Notes: a model not told the origin generated them from the sequence alone. DNA of 32,000 bases from Escherichia coli O121 str. RM8352 (GCF_003112145.1 NZ_CP028110.1), one strand, 5' to 3'; shown: positions 18,473 to 29,506, numbered from the stretch's first letter. Numbers and translations are program-made.

Positions 18473-20386
18473 TCAGACTCCCATCCCTACGGTATACGAG
18501 TTAGATTCATGAATGAAATCGACATTTTTAAAAAACGAATCTTGTAAAACATCAGTGTTGATATTACCTTGCAACCCAACATTGAATTTGTTAGAGACAT
18601 GAAGAACTCGAATATCAAAAAGGTCTTTTAATATCATTAATTCTTCGGCTGTTAATGAATCGCAGTTAAAATATCCCTGTTGATCAAAAAGATTTTCTAT
18701 TTCTCCACTATCGGCGAGACGTTTTTCAAGGAGTGTTTGCAACATCGAGTTGCCAAGGACAATGGATATCGAGCGATCTTTCGCAGATTTACACCCCATC
18801 ACAACGGCAACATTCGTATCCCCCCCAGAAGTTTCATTTATCGCTGTCGCTAAAATGGTGGTCAAACACGCAAACGGAACTGTATTTCTTTCGTGATTTA
18901 ATTTATCTACCAGTTCATTCCATTTATCAAAAGCCGGGCTATATTTGTTGCGCACAGAAATATCCGACTGGTTAAACAATTCAGCCATGCGATTTTTTAT
19001 CATCTCGATATCCGGCGAACCAGAAAGACTTTGCGCATAATACGGTCCTGATGATGTTGCATACATTAAAGCCGAGCCCACACCTGTCGCCATGATGGGC
19101 GCAGCCACGGTTTTGGCAAGGGCGACGCTGCGATGGCTATGCGCTTCACAGGCTAAAGGAAAATATTCCACTGACTGCGGTAATTCCTTACATGCCTCCC
19201 TCATCGTTGCGGTATGCTTTACAAACAACGGTTTTTCACTGCCCAAAAAAACCTTCTGCTTAATTGCACTAAGAAAACGCAAATCAAAAATAATTGTTTT
19301 TGGTTTATTATTTTTTGGCACATTTCCTATTATCCCGCTAAGAACCTTCCTTGCTGCATGGAGATTTTTTTGCACAGCACATAACACAATTGACGAAGCC
19401 TTCTCTACTGCATTATTGATTTTAATTTTAAAATCCGCATGATATACGTTGACGGGCAATGCAAGTATATCTGGACCTACATCTTTGGCTGAGTATTTAT
19501 TGGTGATCGACGGCCGTGAATCCACGAGAAAACTTAGCTGCAAATTATGCTCTATATTACCAGCTGTTTTTGTGGTATGATTAAACATAGAGATGCCACC
19601 TCTCATTCGATCACACATATCCTCAACTTTTTCACTTCGTTCTTGTGGCAATTTGGCTTTAACGTTAATTTGATGATTTTTACCCGTGCATTCCTTAACT
19701 ACAAGGGGAATGTTATCTAAAGTGCCATACAGGCTAATAACGTCACCAGGATTTTTATCATGTAAGTAAGTTTGATTAATACTCGAAGCATTCACAAAGA
19801 GGTCAATATTATAACTGTTTATAACTTCACCTACATCAAATGTATAGTGCTTACTCTGGAGACTGCCATCCTTATTTAATTGTATATCAATCAATATATC
19901 CCCGGACTTTGTCACCATATCTTTGCCATAAACCATTTGCATAGCCATTTCAAGGAGATTTTTATCTAACTGATTGCGGGCGTTGAGTAAGCGACTACCA
20001 AATAATTTATACACTGTTCCCGTCATTGCCAGCGCTGCGCTTTCTGGTACTTTGCGTTTCCACAGTGAGGTTTCTCTATTTTTAAACAGGTCATATTCAT
20101 TATTACTCGACAACCCGAGTTTCAGTTCGTTAACACAATCGCACAGTTGCTCCTCACCTTCCATTTTAAGGCAAAGTGAAAATTGATTTAATAGCGTTTG
20201 CTTCGGTGATTTATTACTCATTAGTTGTTTTTCTAAATTAACAACAGAATAACTTTCTTGTTTAATGAGATTAATATTGGCAACCGTTATAGCCTCCTTC
20301 CCACGGTTTAAGAGCAAACATACAACATAATGATTCATAACATACAGAGCAGTAAATGAATGATACTGACAATGATGCCAGCCCAT
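18473..20386 (-). CDS. Putative phosphoinositide/inositol-phosphate phosphatase-like virulence factor (IpgD/SopB/INPP4-type CX5R motif)
   Basis: 637 aa maximal ORF, AT-rich compared with neighbours, with C-terminal ...NVAVVMGCKSAKDRSISIVLGNS.... The start is uncertain: candidates include MSNKSPKQTLLNQFSLCLK near 20218, with the first 56 residues possibly untranslated. Confidence 0.5.
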   Translation of the reverse strand: MGWHHCQYHSFTALYVMNHYVVCLLLNRGKEAITVANINLIKQESYSVVNLEKQLMSNKSPKQTLLNQFSLCLKMEGEEQLCDCVNELKLGLSSNNEYDLFKNRETSLWKRKVPESAALAMTGTVYKLFGSRLLNARNQLDKNLLEMAMQMVYGKDMVTKSGDILIDIQLNKDGSLQSKHYTFDVGEVINSYNIDLFVNASSINQTYLHDKNPGDVISLYGTLDNIPLVVKECTGKNHQINVKAKLPQERSEKVEDMCDRMRGGISMFNHTTKTAGNIEHNLQLSFLVDSRPSITNKYSAKDVGPDILALPVNVYHADFKIKINNAVEKASSIVLCAVQKNLHAARKVLSGIIGNVPKNNKPKTIIFDLRFLSAIKQKVFLGSEKPLFVKHTATMREACKELPQSVEYFPLACEAHSHRSVALAKTVAAPIMATGVGSALMYATSSGPYYAQSLSGSPDIEMIKNRMAELFNQSDISVRNKYSPAFDKWNELVDKLNHERNTVPFACLTTILATAINETSGGDTNVAVVMGCKSAKDRSISIVLGNSMLQTLLEKRLADSGEIENLFDQQGYFNCDSLTAEELMILKDLFDIRVLHVSNKFNVGLQGNINTDVLQDSFFKNVDFIHESNSYTVGMGV

Positions 20387-20701
20387 TATCTTTGCATAAT
20401 GTTTGTGTGCTATAGATTTTAAAAATATTTATGAAAAAAGTATGGCACCAGAGGGGGTTTTGACTATCAAAAATCGCTCAAACCTGAACTAAGATGATGA
20501 GTTAAGCATTATCTGCTATAATTGCCACTCAGCTCTACAAATAATATTTAAATGCTCCTGAACAGTGATGTAGCAAGACACGTATGGTGCCAACGAAGAA
20601 TAAAAATTTATAGAGTTCTTATTCAATATTACCGGCATAGACAGGGAATGATGTAAATGACCGGAATGAATGAGAGAGGCAGCACCGCCCCTCTCCATCA
20701 G

Positions 20702-21691
20702 CTACTCTTCTTCGTTCCCGCCCTCTTCATACGGGCCAAATGGCTTCGCGGGCAGAACGATATACGTGCCTTCAAACACTGCACCCGGCGTCTCGTCGCC
20801 AAAGATTTCGACCTGCATCTGCACCCGTGCTTTTCGTCCACGCGCCAGACGGTCGAGATCGCCGCTTAAGGCACCAAGGTCGGCTACCGCATGAGGTTTA
20901 CCGCTAATCGGCTTGCTGTAGCGGATATGCGCATCCGCCAGAATAATCGTTCCGCCGAGATGGCGTTCGCGCAGCATCAGCCAGATAAGCCCCCAACCGG
21001 TGAGCGTTGCCAGTGAGAATAAACTCCCGGCAAACAGCGTATGGTGCGGATTCTGATTACCGGTTTCCGGCATGGTGGTGATAAATTTTTGCCCGGTATA
21101 TTGTTGAATACGCACGCCCATTTTTTCACTAAGCGGGATATGTTCGTACCACGCCTGTTGCAGCTGCGCGCACCAGTCGCCGCGATGCAAAATATCATCC
21201 AGAGTGGCGACGGGCTTAATCATCAAAAAATGGCGAATCGGCGTGGTGGTTGGCGTGGTGATTTCTCCCTGATTAACAAACCCCAGCTTGGCGAAAAACT
21301 CCACCGCGTCTTCACGGGCGCTACAGGTCACGCGCTTAACGCCTTCCTGACGCGCCACCGACTCCAGGGTCATCGCCATCAGCGTTCCTAACCCTTTGTC
21401 CTGCACGTCCGGGTGAACGGCCATAAAGCGAATGGACGCTTCATTGTCGGCATTAATATACAGTCGGCCTACCGCCACCAGATTACCCTGCTCGTCGACG
21501 ACCATCTGGTGATGCGCCATCGCATCCCACGCGTCGCGTTCCGAACCTTTTGGTTGATGCAGGGGCTTACGCAACATTTCCCAGCGAAACTGATAGTAAC
21601 GCTCTAACTCTTCTTCTGTTTGTGGAACCCGAAGGTGATACATAGCGATACTCTCTCTTGTTTCCCGTGACAACCCTGGAAGCTGGCTCAT
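20702..21691 (-). CDS. fabY: Bifunctional N-acetyltransferase/thioesterase-fold protein involved in fatty acid initiation
   Basis: 329 aa, GNAT N-terminus ([15 protein letters not shown]) plus hot-dog C-terminus. Matches YiiD/FabY. Confidence 0.95.
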
Positions 21692-22125
21692 ACCTGCAAC
21701 CAGAATGTCACGGGGCCATCATTGACCAGCGATACCTGCATATCCGCAGCGAAGCGTCCTGTTTGCGTGTTCATCTCTTGCTGACGGCAGCGTTCGACGA
21801 AATAGTCATATAACGCCTCTGCGCGATCCGGTGATGCGCCTTTGGAGAAACTTGGGCGCATCCCCCGTTCGGTATCTGCGGCGAGGGTAAACTGGGAAAC
21901 CACCAGCACACTGCCGCCCGCCTGTTGCACGTTGAGGTTCATCTTGCCTTCGGCATCGCTAAAGATGCGGTAGCCGAGCACACGCTCGCACAGACGGTTT
22001 GCTTTCTGTTCGTCGTCATCCTTTTCGACACCCAATAACACCAAAAGTCCCGCGCCAATTTCGCCCGTCACTTCTCCCTCCACGGTGACGCTGGCACGGG
22101 TTACGCGTTGAATTAATGCAATCAT
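21688..22125 (-). CDS. dtd: D-aminoacyl-tRNA deacylase
   Basis: 145 aa [21 protein letters not shown]... with the SQFTL motif. Confidence 0.97.
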
Positions 22126-22994
22126 GGTTCGTCGTCTTCTTCTTGTTCAGCTGCTTGTTTTAGTTTGCGGTATTCCCCGAGAGTGACAGTAATTTCCGCG
22201 CCAAGCAAGACGATACACCATGTCCAGTAGACCCAAACAAAGAGAATGGGGATCACCGCCAACACGCCGTAAATGAGCTGATATGACGGGAACATGGTGA
22301 TATAAAGCGCGAAACCTTTCTTTCCTGCTTCGAACAGGAGCGCGGCGACAAACGCGCCGACAATCGCGTCGCGGTTAGGTACGCGGATGGTAGGAACAAT
22401 GCTGTACAGCAACCAGAAGGAGATCCACGACAACAGCAGCGGAAAAATACGCAGCACGTTATCGATGACAGTATTGAGATCGCTCGCCCAGCGCAGGGAG
22501 AGCAAATAGGAACTGATCGCCAGACTGGCCCCTGCCAGCAGCGGCCCCAGCGTTAAAATCATCCAGTACACGGCGAACGAGTAAATTTTTGGTCGCGCTC
22601 GTTTACTGCGCCAGATGGTATTCAACGCGCTATCGATGGAGTACATCAGCAATAACGCGGTGACGATCAGCCCGCACGCCCCAACGGCGGTCATCTTGTT
22701 GGAATTGGCAACAAATTGTTCGATATACCGCTGAATAACATCGCCAGTAGCAGGCAGAAAGTTGGCAAAAATAAAGTGACGTAACTGAATGCTGACGTCG
22801 GAAAACATGGGAAAAGCGGCGAAAAGCGCAAAAACAACGGCAACCAGCGGCACTAATGAGAGCAACGACACATAGGCAAGGTTACCTGCCAGGGTTGTCA
22901 TGTTGTCCTCATCAATGCGTTGCCAGAGTAGTTTTAGCCAGGCCCATAGTGGACGGGTACGGTGCCTGGCTTTGTCCTGAATGGTTTTTAGCAT
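22122..22994 (-). CDS. yihY: YihY/BrkB-family inner-membrane protein
   Basis: 290 aa multi-[36 protein letters not shown].... Confidence 0.95.
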
Positions 22995-23587
22995 AACACC
23001 TTCGCGAAATAGTCCGGGATGGTGGTTTTATCTTTCACCAGAATACTGGTAATGCCTAGCTGATTAGCTCCTTCTATATTATCGGCGTTATCGTCGAAAA
23101 AGACCGTATCGCTGGGTGAAAAACCTTCCGCCTGCAAAACATGCTGGTAAATTCGAGCTTCAGGTTTGCGCATCCCCAGATCTTGCGACAGATAGATATG
23201 GTCAGCAGCATCACGAATTTCCGGGTATTCTTCCGGCCAGAAGGTGGTATGCAGGCGGTTGGTATTGGAAAGCACCACCACGCGATGTCCCTGCTCACGC
23301 AGTTTATGCATGATGGCGATCACTTCCGGGCGCAGCGCGACAAACACCGCCTGCCAGCCGTGAGAGAACTGCTCGTAGCTTAGCGGCAGGGCCATCTCAT
23401 GACACAGCGCCTCTGCGAACGCTTCGTCGCTAATTTCCCCACGCTCATGCTGATGAAACGCCTCCCCCATGTGGAAACTCTTCTTAAGCGTAGCCAGTGG
23501 AACACGCGTTAAATCGCTCCAGGCTCCCAGCACACGGTTAAAGTCGATATCGACAATCACATTACCTAAATCAAAGATATAGAGCAT
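22988..23587 (-). CDS. yihX: HAD-family alpha-D-glucose-1-phosphate phosphatase
   Basis: [20 protein letters not shown]..., HAD motifs. The ORF extends to 23608; likely start is at 23587. Confidence 0.95.
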
Positions 23588-23676
23588 TTTTGCCTCCTTT
23601 CGCGCCACAAGAAATTAACTGTAGCGGGAAAGGATGGGTTTGGCTATGTGGCAATAAGGGTAATCTTGTGATGCTG

Positions 23677-23716
23677 ATTGCGAAAAAGCAGAGTAATTTC
23701 ACTGGCTTTTTCGCAA
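23677..23716. terminator. Inverted repeat ttgcgaaaaagc/gctttttcgcaa
   Basis: Perfect 12-bp arms just beyond the 3' end of the cassette. Possible terminator for the minus-strand operon or a junction feature. Confidence 0.4.
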
Positions 23717-23727
23717 TAGATGAATGA

Positions 23728-24615
23728 TTAAGATTCAGGTGTAAATTGCCAACGAGTTTCGATGACCAGCGGCTTATCTGGTGTCACAAATTCCGGCGTT
23801 AGATTTATTGCGTTAGGTGCCTGAGTCAGCGGGTTAATACAGGTGGCATCGGGCTGTTTATCAAATACCACCAGACTGTTTGCAGAAGAGGTCATGGTCA
23901 TCGCGAGTTTACCAGGCCACAGTAACTTAACCTTCACCCCGTCATAAAAACCAAAACAGTCATCCCAGGGACCAACTTGAGGAGAGATACGATTTCCAGT
24001 TGGCAGTTCATCACTACCCGCTTCTTCTTGCCAGTCCGCATCAAAAAGCACCTGCAACGATTCTGTATTTTGCGGAGTCAGCTTTTTCGCAAACCACGGA
24101 TGCCAGCCTGCAGAGGCCGGGAATGTATCGGCATATGAATGGACTTCCAGTTGCAAAACCAGCGCATCGTTCTCCAGCAAAAAAGTCTGAATCACTTCCC
24201 CTTGCCAGGGCCACGGTGAAGCCAGGGGCATACGTAAAGTCAGGGAATCTGCTGTTTTGTCGATGATTTCCCACGTTGAGTAACAAGCCATACCATGCAA
24301 CGCATGTGGTGGTTTATTGGCGGGTAAAGAATAACATTGCCCACCAGCATTCAGTGTCGCATTCCCCAGTCGCCCTGCCCACGGCACCATTGGGAAACAG
24401 CCATACTGAAAAGCTCTGCGCTGCGGCTGCCATTGGCGTAATACTTCAGAACCAAATGCCTTTAACGAGGTTATCCTGGCACCATCATGCGGATAAATCT
24501 GCAGGTGAATATTGCCTTTTTCCAGAGTCACTAACTCTCCTACAGGCCCAGGCCATGGCGCGTCAAACGCCTGTTGTAGCGCCAGGTAATGCTCGTTTTT
24601 TCGTTCAGTTTTCAT
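23728..24615 (-). CDS. Aldose 1-epimerase (mutarotase)-family protein, YihR-like role
   Basis: Galactose-mutarotase-fold pattern (YGCFPMVPWAGRLGNA...ALHGMA...SAGWHPWF). Likely start MKTERKNEHYLAL at 24615, overlapping the upstream gene end. Confidence 0.8.
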   Translation of the reverse strand: MKTERKNEHYLALQQAFDAPWPGPVGELVTLEKGNIHLQIYPHDGARITSLKAFGSEVLRQWQPQRRAFQYGCFPMVPWAGRLGNATLNAGGQCYSLPANKPPHALHGMACYSTWEIIDKTADSLTLRMPLASPWPWQGEVIQTFLLENDALVLQLEVHSYADTFPASAGWHPWFAKKLTPQNTESLQVLFDADWQEEAGSDELPTGNRISPQVGPWDDCFGFYDGVKVKLLWPGKLAMTMTSSANSLVVFDKQPDATCINPLTQAPNAINLTPEFVTPDKPLVIETRWQFTPES

Positions 24616-25954
24616 GAGATTGTTCCCTGATGTAGCGGTAAGAAGCGGTTTCTTGTTCATCGGTCGGCTCAATCAGCCAGACGCAAACAAAGGAAAGAAC
24701 TGAGACAGCAAATAAAAACAGAGCGACATACCACGGTTTTCCTCCCCCTAGCGCCAGCAAACTTGAGGCGATAAGGGGGCTTAGTCCGCCAAGAATCGCG
24801 GAAAATTGATAAGCAAAAGAAAGGCCGGTATATCGTACTTTGGTACCGAACATGCGGGTGAAAAGTGTTGGCTGCACGGCAAACATCATCGTCGGACCTA
24901 AGTTGTAGCCGAGGATCATACTGCACCAGATGATGAGCGTACTTTTGCTATCCAGTAATAAGAAGAAAGGAAACGCGAACAGGACACAAAATCCTGCCCC
25001 CGACAAATACAGACTTTTTTGACCTATACGATCTGATAACCATCCAACCAATGGACAACTGAAAATACCGATCGCCGAGGCAATCAACATACCCGTCAGG
25101 GGAATATCTCGCGACAATGCTAATTGGCTGGAAATATAGACAATACCAAAGGCGTTAATAATATTAGAGGAGACACTTTCCGCCAGCCTCGCACCCAGTG
25201 CCAATAAAATATTTCGTGGATGTTTTTTGAATAATTCAATCAACGGAGGAACGGACTTTTCTTTATTATTCGTCGTTTTTTGCTTTTGAAAATCCAGCGT
25301 TTCTTCGGTATGCAGGCGGATAAACAGCCCAACGATCAACATCACCGCAGAAAGCCAAAACGGAATGCGCCATCCCCAGGAGAGAAACTGCTCCGAAGTA
25401 AGAAAATGGTTACAGAGAGCAAAAATACCGGTTGCCAGCATAATACCCACAGACGCAGCCGTTTGCGGGAGTGAACCTAAAAATCCGCGTCGGGATTCGG
25501 GCGCTGATTCTATGGTCATCAATGCCGCTCCGCCGTACTCGCCACCAAGACCAAAGCCCTGAATCAAACGCAGCACCATTAATACAAGCGGTGCCCAAAT
25601 GCCAATTTCCTGATACGTCGGAATAAAACCAATCAAAAATGTGGAGCAACCGACAATAGCCAGCGTCCAGATAAGTGTTATTTTTCGCCCGATTTTATCG
25701 CCAAAATGACCAAAGACGATGCCACCTAAAGGACGAGTCAGAAAACCGACACCAAAGGTCGCAAAGGAAGCTATAAGACCTATAAAAGGATCGCTGTCTG
25801 GATAAAACAGCGGTGCAAATACCAGTCCTGCTGCCGTGCCAAAAATAAAGAAGTCATACCATTCCATTAACGCGCCTGCGAAACTGCCCATAACGACACG
25901 TCTCATGGCTTTACCGGAAAGCCCTTCACGCGGTGCGGGTAACTTTTCAGACAT
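24605..25954 (-). CDS. MFS transporter, metabolite:H+ symporter (MHS/ProP-ShiA-like) type
   Basis: 449 aa: GSFAGALMEWYDFFIFGTAAGLVF...FATFGVGFLTRPLGGIVFGHFGDKIGRK. Confidence 0.88.
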   Translation of the reverse strand: MSEKLPAPREGLSGKAMRRVVMGSFAGALMEWYDFFIFGTAAGLVFAPLFYPDSDPFIGLIASFATFGVGFLTRPLGGIVFGHFGDKIGRKITLIWTLAIVGCSTFLIGFIPTYQEIGIWAPLVLMVLRLIQGFGLGGEYGGAALMTIESAPESRRGFLGSLPQTAASVGIMLATGIFALCNHFLTSEQFLSWGWRIPFWLSAVMLIVGLFIRLHTEETLDFQKQKTTNNKEKSVPPLIELFKKHPRNILLALGARLAESVSSNIINAFGIVYISSQLALSRDIPLTGMLIASAIGIFSCPLVGWLSDRIGQKSLYLSGAGFCVLFAFPFFLLLDSKSTLIIWCSMILGYNLGPTMMFAVQPTLFTRMFGTKVRYTGLSFAYQFSAILGGLSPLIASSLLALGGGKPWYVALFLFAVSVLSFVCVWLIEPTDEQETASYRYIREQSHEN

Positions 25955-26052
25955 AATTTTCCTCTCCTGGTAGGCGAGAAATCTGGGATACGAACCACTA
26001 AACGTGGGCAGTTTGAATTAATGCGCATCGGTTTAAGCCGATGCGCATTAAT

Positions 26053-27482
26053 TTATTTCTTCAATTCAGCCAGAACCTCTGCATCCTCAGCATCAACATT
26101 TGCACCCAGTGGTTCCCAATTAATCAATACGCAGGTCAGGAACCCCAGGAATGGCACGATTGCCAACCAGTAAAACGCTTCAGTTTTCAACGCACCCCAC
26201 AGCATCGGCCAGAAAATGAGTCCTGCAATTGCCCCTGTGCGCATAATAGCGCGGGCAAATCCGACCCCAGTAGGGCGAATAGCGGGAGGATAAGAGAGTG
26301 TGGCAATGGTCATGCCCAGCCCACCAGGACCCGCTGAATGGAAGAAAATAATTGATCCCAATAACCCTAAAGACAGCCAGGGATTAGTCGTTGCCAGTGC
26401 GCCTAACGACAGCAATGCTAAGGTCACAACAGCAAATCCATACATCGACTGTCGGCGAGTCCCCAGTCGTTGGAGAATAAACGAGCCGATCATCCCGCCT
26501 GTTACCCCACAAAGGGCATTCACGACGGCAGAACCGGTCAACGCGCCAGTAAGCCCGCCACTTATTATTCCCGCCAACGTAAGAGGAAGATAAACACCTA
26601 CGGCGTTATATTGCCACGCCTGCATGGTTGCCACGACACAGCCAAGAATGGTGCGTTTGCGGTAACGATCATTAAATAAGATGCCATATCCACCACTGTA
26701 TTTATTCTCTGCTTTTTCCGAGAATTTCGCTTCTGTTGTACCCGATGCCGCAACGCGAGCCTGAACACCATAACGTTTTCCCAGGATGTCGCAGGCTTCC
26801 TGGTAACGCCCGACGCGTGCTGCCCACATTGCGGATTCACCAATAAAGAAGTAACGCAAAATCATGAAGATGACTGCGAAAATAGCTCCGATGAATATTC
26901 CGTAACGCCACAACTGTTCTTCAGCGATACCCGACAGAAGCAGTGGCAAGAGCACCAAATAAACAACAGTTGTCGAAACATACCAGGCCATTTGCCAGAG
27001 GTTGACCGACGTTCCGGTTTTCTTCGACGTTGAACCACGAAGCTCTGCCACGGCATTGGTTGCCAAAGGGAAGTCGATGCCTAAACCAAAGCCCATGATG
27101 ACGCGGCACACCAGCACCCACCAGATACTGGGCGCAATAGCTACCGCAGCAGCCCCGATGGTGCACAGCCCCATGCCAATAATAAATGCCCGCTTTTGCC
27201 CAAAGCGGTTTATTACTCGGTTCGCTAATAAACCGCCAATTAACGCGGCGATTAATACTGATGCATTGACGGTTGCAGCAAGACCCGGCGAAATGCCGAA
27301 TTGAGCGGCAATGTATTTATTACCAAACCCCACCATCGCCGCCTGGTAGGCATCAATCAATATGCCGCCCAAAGCAATAAAAATAACGCCGATACTGGTG
27401 TTGATTGCAGAGTTCTTATTAACAATATCACGTCCTGTGGCCGACTAATTGAATAAGTTGCAGGACTGGTGATTTGACTCAT
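26053..27482 (-). pseudogene. MFS transporter (sugar/acid porter-like) with an apparent 5' frameshift
   Basis: The main ORF 26053-27372 opens only at a TTG inside TM1 (ALGGILIDAYQAAMVGFG). A well-placed ATG at 27482 with an upstream AAAAGGA sequence reads MSQITSPATYSISRPQDVI in a different frame. Confidence 0.6.
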
Positions 27483-27551
27483 CGCAGTGTCCTTTTTAAT
27501 TGTTGTAGGGTGGCGCTGACGTGACGCAGCGCCAGACAGAGATTTAGAAAA

Positions 27552-28562
27552 TCATTCCGGCGCAAATTGCAGCATGACCTTTATGGAATCATTTTGCTGC
27601 GCGCGTTCGAATGCCGCCGCTGCATCCTCAATGGCAAATAAATCGGTAACCAGTTCACTGGTATCAAACCGCCCATCCGCCAGCCATTCGATAACAGCAT
27701 CGAAATCTTCAGGGATGTACATGCCAGAGTTGAGCAAGTCACGCTCGAAACGTTGCATCATCGGTAATGGTATTTCACGCGGCCCACTTGGTACGCCCAT
27801 GCACACGACGGTGCCTCCGGCATATACACGGGTACATGCATCGTTAAGCGTGGCCTGCGCTGCAACGACATCAATCGCCCCCGTAAATCGCACATCTGCG
27901 GCCAGCTCACCTGGTGCCCAAACTTCTGCTGCGCCCAGCTTTAACGCCAGCGCGCGTTTGGCAGCGTCAGGTTCAATCACGGTAATCTTACCTGCCCCCA
28001 TAATGCGCAGTGCCTGCACGATGGATAAGCCTATCGTTCCGGCACCAATCACCAGTACGCTTTCCAGAGAAGCTTTCGGCATTCGGTTAACGCAGTGACG
28101 GGCACAAGCCGCCGGTTCGGCAAAGGCCAACACTTTTAGCGGTAAAGAGGCTGGTGCGACATGGCAATTACGCGCAGGAACAATGTGTTGTGAGCGAGCA
28201 AAGCCCGGTGCGCGAAAACCAGCAACCTGCGGTGGTTCACAAAGATTAAAACGTCCTGCTTTGCAGGCTCGGCATTCCATGCAAGCCATGATGGGATCGA
28301 CCACAACATGATCGCCCGGCTGTACATTTTTAACGTCGCTGCCAACTTCCGTAACGCGCGCTGCAATTTCATGTCCGGGGACGACAGGTGGTTTGGCAAA
28401 CGGATGACCGCCTTTCAGAACATGCAGATCCGAACCGCATATCCCGTAGAACACGGGCGCAATCCGTACTTCGTACGGTTTAAGTTCCTGGTGTGGTACT
28501 TCAACATATTGAGTGGTGACTTTCCCAATATCTGAAAATAAAACCTGGGTAATTTTATCCAT
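27552..28562 (-). CDS. Zinc-dependent medium-chain dehydrogenase (polyol/sugar dehydrogenase-like)
   Basis: 336 aa: GICGSDLHVLKGGHP, GHEIAARV, structural Zn motif CMECRACKAGRFNLC, Rossmann VLVIGAGTIG. Confidence 0.88.
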   Translation of the reverse strand: MDKITQVLFSDIGKVTTQYVEVPHQELKPYEVRIAPVFYGICGSDLHVLKGGHPFAKPPVVPGHEIAARVTEVGSDVKNVQPGDHVVVDPIMACMECRACKAGRFNLCEPPQVAGFRAPGFARSQHIVPARNCHVAPASLPLKVLAFAEPAACARHCVNRMPKASLESVLVIGAGTIGLSIVQALRIMGAGKITVIEPDAAKRALALKLGAAEVWAPGELAADVRFTGAIDVVAAQATLNDACTRVYAGGTVVCMGVPSGPREIPLPMMQRFERDLLNSGMYIPEDFDAVIEWLADGRFDTSELVTDLFAIEDAAAAFERAQQNDSIKVMLQFAPE

Positions 28563-28594
28563 TGTTATTCTCCAGAATCGATATCCATAGGGGA

Positions 28595-29482
28595 TTAGCG
28601 TTGCGCGATACCTTCATCGACAATTTCAGCCAGCCGTTGCAAGCGTGGAACGGAGACATCTCGCAGCATAGTTTGTGGATCTTGTGCACCAACAACCGAC
28701 GCCCAAACCGCTCGTCCAGCCAGGAAGCCCGACGCACCACCTTTCATGGCAATACTTACTGCGCGGCCAAAAATATCGGCATCAACGCCAGAAGAAAGAA
28801 TTACCCACGGCATCTTCATCTGATCGTTAAGTTGCTGACAGGCGGCAAGTAAGGTTTTTTCATCGCCTTTGCCCCCTAATGGCATCTCGGCTTTGTAAAG
28901 ATCAGCCTCTGTTCCACCAAGCTCTGCGGCGGCGGCAACAATGGCGCTTTCACGATCAAAGTCCCAACCGCGACGAGGTGGACGCACCACAGGTTCAATA
29001 ATGCTAACCAGCCCGGCACTACGGCAGCGACGAACAAATTTATCAACCATTGCCAGACGTTCCTCTGCGGGTTCATCTTCACGCCAGAGTACAAGTAATT
29101 TCATTGCCTTAGCCCCCATTTCACGGGCTTTATGCGGGTCGACGGACATATCTATTTCAACGCTATCAACCGGGATGCCATTACCTGGGATAAAAAGATC
29201 GGCAGCGACAATCAGGCCGCAAGAATTAGCAACAGCGCCCTGCTCGACTATTTGCTCAAGACAAAATTGTTTATCCGCCAGAACGGCAGAAGCATAAGGA
29301 GAAAGGATTCGGGTCGCGGCAACTTTAAAATCGGTGAGTACACTGTCGGCGATGGGTTTTGGCTGCCCTGCTGCTGCAAACATCAGGCGCATTGCCTCAC
29401 GCTGATCGACAGCTAACATGGCGAATCCACCACCTGGGCGGGAGATATCTTTCAGCGTAAATGGGGTGAAGTGGGATGACAT
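28595..29482 (-). CDS. yihT: Sulfofructosephosphate aldolase homologue (YihT/LacD family)
   Basis: 295 aa. Extensive recalled similarity to YihT: [49 protein letters not shown]. Confidence 0.85.
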   Translation of the reverse strand: MSSHFTPFTLKDISRPGGGFAMLAVDQREAMRLMFAAAGQPKPIADSVLTDFKVAATRILSPYASAVLADKQFCLEQIVEQGAVANSCGLIVAADLFIPGNGIPVDSVEIDMSVDPHKAREMGAKAMKLLVLWREDEPAEERLAMVDKFVRRCRSAGLVSIIEPVVRPPRRGWDFDRESAIVAAAAELGGTEADLYKAEMPLGGKGDEKTLLAACQQLNDQMKMPWVILSSGVDADIFGRAVSIAMKGGASGFLAGRAVWASVVGAQDPQTMLRDVSVPRLQRLAEIVDEGIAQR

Positions 29483-29506
29483 AGAAACTCCTGTTAATAG
29501 ATAAAA

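Noticed and set aside
18473-20386. Type III secretion island associated with the phosphatase-like gene
   Set aside because: No T3SS apparatus, chaperone, integrase, tRNA or IS sequence was recognised in the window. A secretion route cannot be claimed from this sequence.
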